Shown piece by piece: positions 62,794-64,000 of a DNA stretch of 64,000 nucleotides. Under the pieces are notes generated by a model. It was given only the letters and a program-made list of their open reading frames with translations, had not been told where the DNA came from and made no database searches. Numbering within the stretch: the stretch's first letter is position 1; the number at the start of each line of letters is the position of its first letter. The position numbers were made by a program, and so were the translations under genes. Location of the stretch: the IMG/VR virus record IMGVR_UViG_3300044675_001378, one strand, 5' to 3'. This stretch comes from an uncultured virus (IMG/VR IMGVR_UViG_3300044675_001378). Its lineage: Duplodnaviria; Heunggongvirae; Uroviricota; Caudoviricetes.

Positions 62794-63014
62794 TTGCCTT
62801 CTCCTTTGGTTGTCTCCTTCATACGCTCATTGCGGCAGTGCTCCGCGTAGAACTTGAGGAACAACATATCGAATGTCGTCAACAACTTCTCTGCGTTCTG
62901 CGTGTCGGCCACATAGAACGCTCGGGCGATATGCTCTGCGAAGCTACCTCCCTCACGCTCCATGCATCGGGCGGCTTGTAGCCGCATGTCGTGGTCTAAG
63001 TGCATTGCTGTCAT
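62790..63014 (-). CDS. hypothetical protein (GGSFAEHIARAF..AD..N)
   Basis: 74 aa, coupled. Confidence 0.7.
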   Translation of the reverse strand: MTAMHLDHDMRLQAARCMEREGGSFAEHIARAFYVADTQNAEKLLTTFDMLFLKFYAEHCRNERMKETTKGEGK

Positions 63015-63256
63015 TTCTTCTTTCCTTTCTTGGTTTCAAAATAGCCGAGCCACTTTGTGCCCTCGACTTGGGGTTGGTACATCTTGATCTCGTAGTTGTC
63101 AGTGTGCGGTACGGGCACGAGGAACAGGTTGTACGGATAGCCGAACCCGTCCATCATCTTGAGCAGTTCCCGTAGGTCTCGCGTGTCGTTGGTTGTTACC
63201 CAGTCCGCTACGCTGGATGCGTAGAAGTGGGCGTTATCTGGCATGTTCTCGTTCAT
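63011..63256 (-). CDS. hypothetical protein (81 aa)
   Basis: AAGGAGAAAGCAAATG start. Confidence 0.75.
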   Translation of the reverse strand: MNENMPDNAHFYASSVADWVTTNDTRDLRELLKMMDGFGYPYNLFLVPVPHTDNYEIKMYQPQVEGTKWLGYFETKKGKKK

Positions 63257-63273
63257 TTGCTTTCTCCTTGTGG

Positions 63274-63540
63274 TTAAAGTGTGCAGTACCAGCGATGGGC
63301 GCTGATTCGTTTTGTCTTGAGGCGAACGCCTACTGTCTGGCGCAGGTGGCTGTTGAACATCTTGACCAACACAGACTCAACACCGCCGCTTGGCATGGTG
63401 CGTAGCTGATCGCTCTCGATGATGACAAAACCCCGCGCTTTGAGCGTCTCGTACAGGGCCTGCCAGTCATGCACCACCTTGGTAGGCACCGGGGTAGGTG
63501 CGGCGCTGAACGCCGTGTCGGGTATGTCCTCAATCCTCAT
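63274..63540 (-). CDS. hypothetical protein (88 aa, MRIEDIPD...), allele B of variable slot
   Basis: occupies same slot as 52..267 but unrelated sequence. Confidence 0.7.
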   Translation of the reverse strand: MRIEDIPDTAFSAAPTPVPTKVVHDWQALYETLKARGFVIIESDQLRTMPSGGVESVLVKMFNSHLRQTVGVRLKTKRISAHRWYCTL

Positions 63541-63767
63541 TTGCTTTCTTCTAAGTGTTGCCGCACTGCGGCGTCTATGACATCCCATGTGATGCCGACA
63601 TTGCAATCGAACGCACGAGCAACAAGCTCAAGCACCATCACGCAGTCATCCTCTGTGAAGTTCTCTGTCCCCTCTATTTCGTTGCACTCGATGACATTGA
63701 CTACATCCTCCACGCTCCAGTCATCACGCAGAACCCACTTTTTGTTTTCTTGAACCATGTGTGCCAT
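63537..63767 (-). CDS. allelic copy of 264..494
   Basis: 76 aa, a few aa substitutions. Confidence 0.8.
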   Translation of the reverse strand: MAHMVQENKKWVLRDDWSVEDVVNVIECNEIEGTENFTEDDCVMVLELVARAFDCNVGITWDVIDAAVRQHLEESK

Positions 63768-63778
63768 TTGTCTTCTCC

Positions 63779-63928
63779 TTAGTTGGTTGCGTTTATATCT
63801 ACAAAACACTCGCTCTCGAATGAGGGGTCTACATCCGCCACTGCGCGGCGCTCCCCGTCCACCCACAAGTACACCTCGCAGTCAGGCGGCAGGTGCTTTA
63901 ACTGCTCGATCAGTTCGCTTGTCTTCAT
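63779..63928 (-). CDS. allelic copy of 506..655
   Basis: 49 aa, 2 nt differences. Confidence 0.8.
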   Translation of the reverse strand: MKTSELIEQLKHLPPDCEVYLWVDGERRAVADVDPSFESECFVDINATN

Positions 63929-64000
63929 TTGCTTTCTCCTATTGTGAAACTGTGGATAGGCTCGGGCAGGTTGTCCACCCAGTCGGCGGGGTATGCGTCC
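63925..64000 (-). CDS. 3' end of a gene absent from the left-end copy (...DAYPADWVDNLPEPIHSFTIGESK)
   Basis: open frame to window edge; stop overlaps ATG at 63928. Confidence 0.55.
   Translation of the reverse strand, partial: DAYPADWVDNLPEPIHSFTIGESK

Noticed and set aside
63202..64000. True direct terminal repeats of the virion DNA
   Set aside because: The copies are not identical (SNPs plus non-homologous genes) and lie mid-array; better explained as overrun of a circular map joining two genotypes.
1..64000. Integrase, att site, tRNA, intein or group I intron
   Set aside because: No recognisable motifs by eye; terL, polA and helicase are uninterrupted. tRNAscan and HMM searches were not run.

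Overview
The window is essentially one complete ~63.2 kb tailed dsDNA phage genome (Caudoviricetes, podovirus-like gene set), read slightly more than once around the circle. The + strand (4.7-42.8 kb) carries packaging, head, tail, lysis and ejection genes: terS, terL, portal, GroES-like, scaffold, major capsid, adaptors, three fibre/chaperone pairs, holin, M15 endolysin, tail stabilisation protein, internal virion proteins and a 2618-aa polyvalent protein. The - strand (42.8-64 kb, continuing through 1-4.3 kb) carries a replication module (primase/helicase, HTH, SSB-like, SNF2 helicase, HNH, PD-(D/E)xK nuclease, PolA, VRR-NUC) and a long array of small, translationally coupled early genes. 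No integrase, tRNA, CRISPR array or reverse transcriptase was seen. Most notable observations: (1) the two ends are different alleles of the same early region, with whole genes swapped exactly at a repeated GGAGAAnnCAAATG start motif; (2) a five-copy H-type pseudoknot with compensatory changes sits directly before early-gene RBSs, together with a seven-copy 16-bp palindrome; (3) many virion-module proteins share a hydrophobic-x-x-GG motif or an RGxGxAxKG tail, and one of them carries a GPG-SDSIPA-GEFV domain; (4) several further structured RNAs, a second operator family and an iteron-bearing origin candidate. All product calls come from motif recognition and synteny by eye; no database searches were run.
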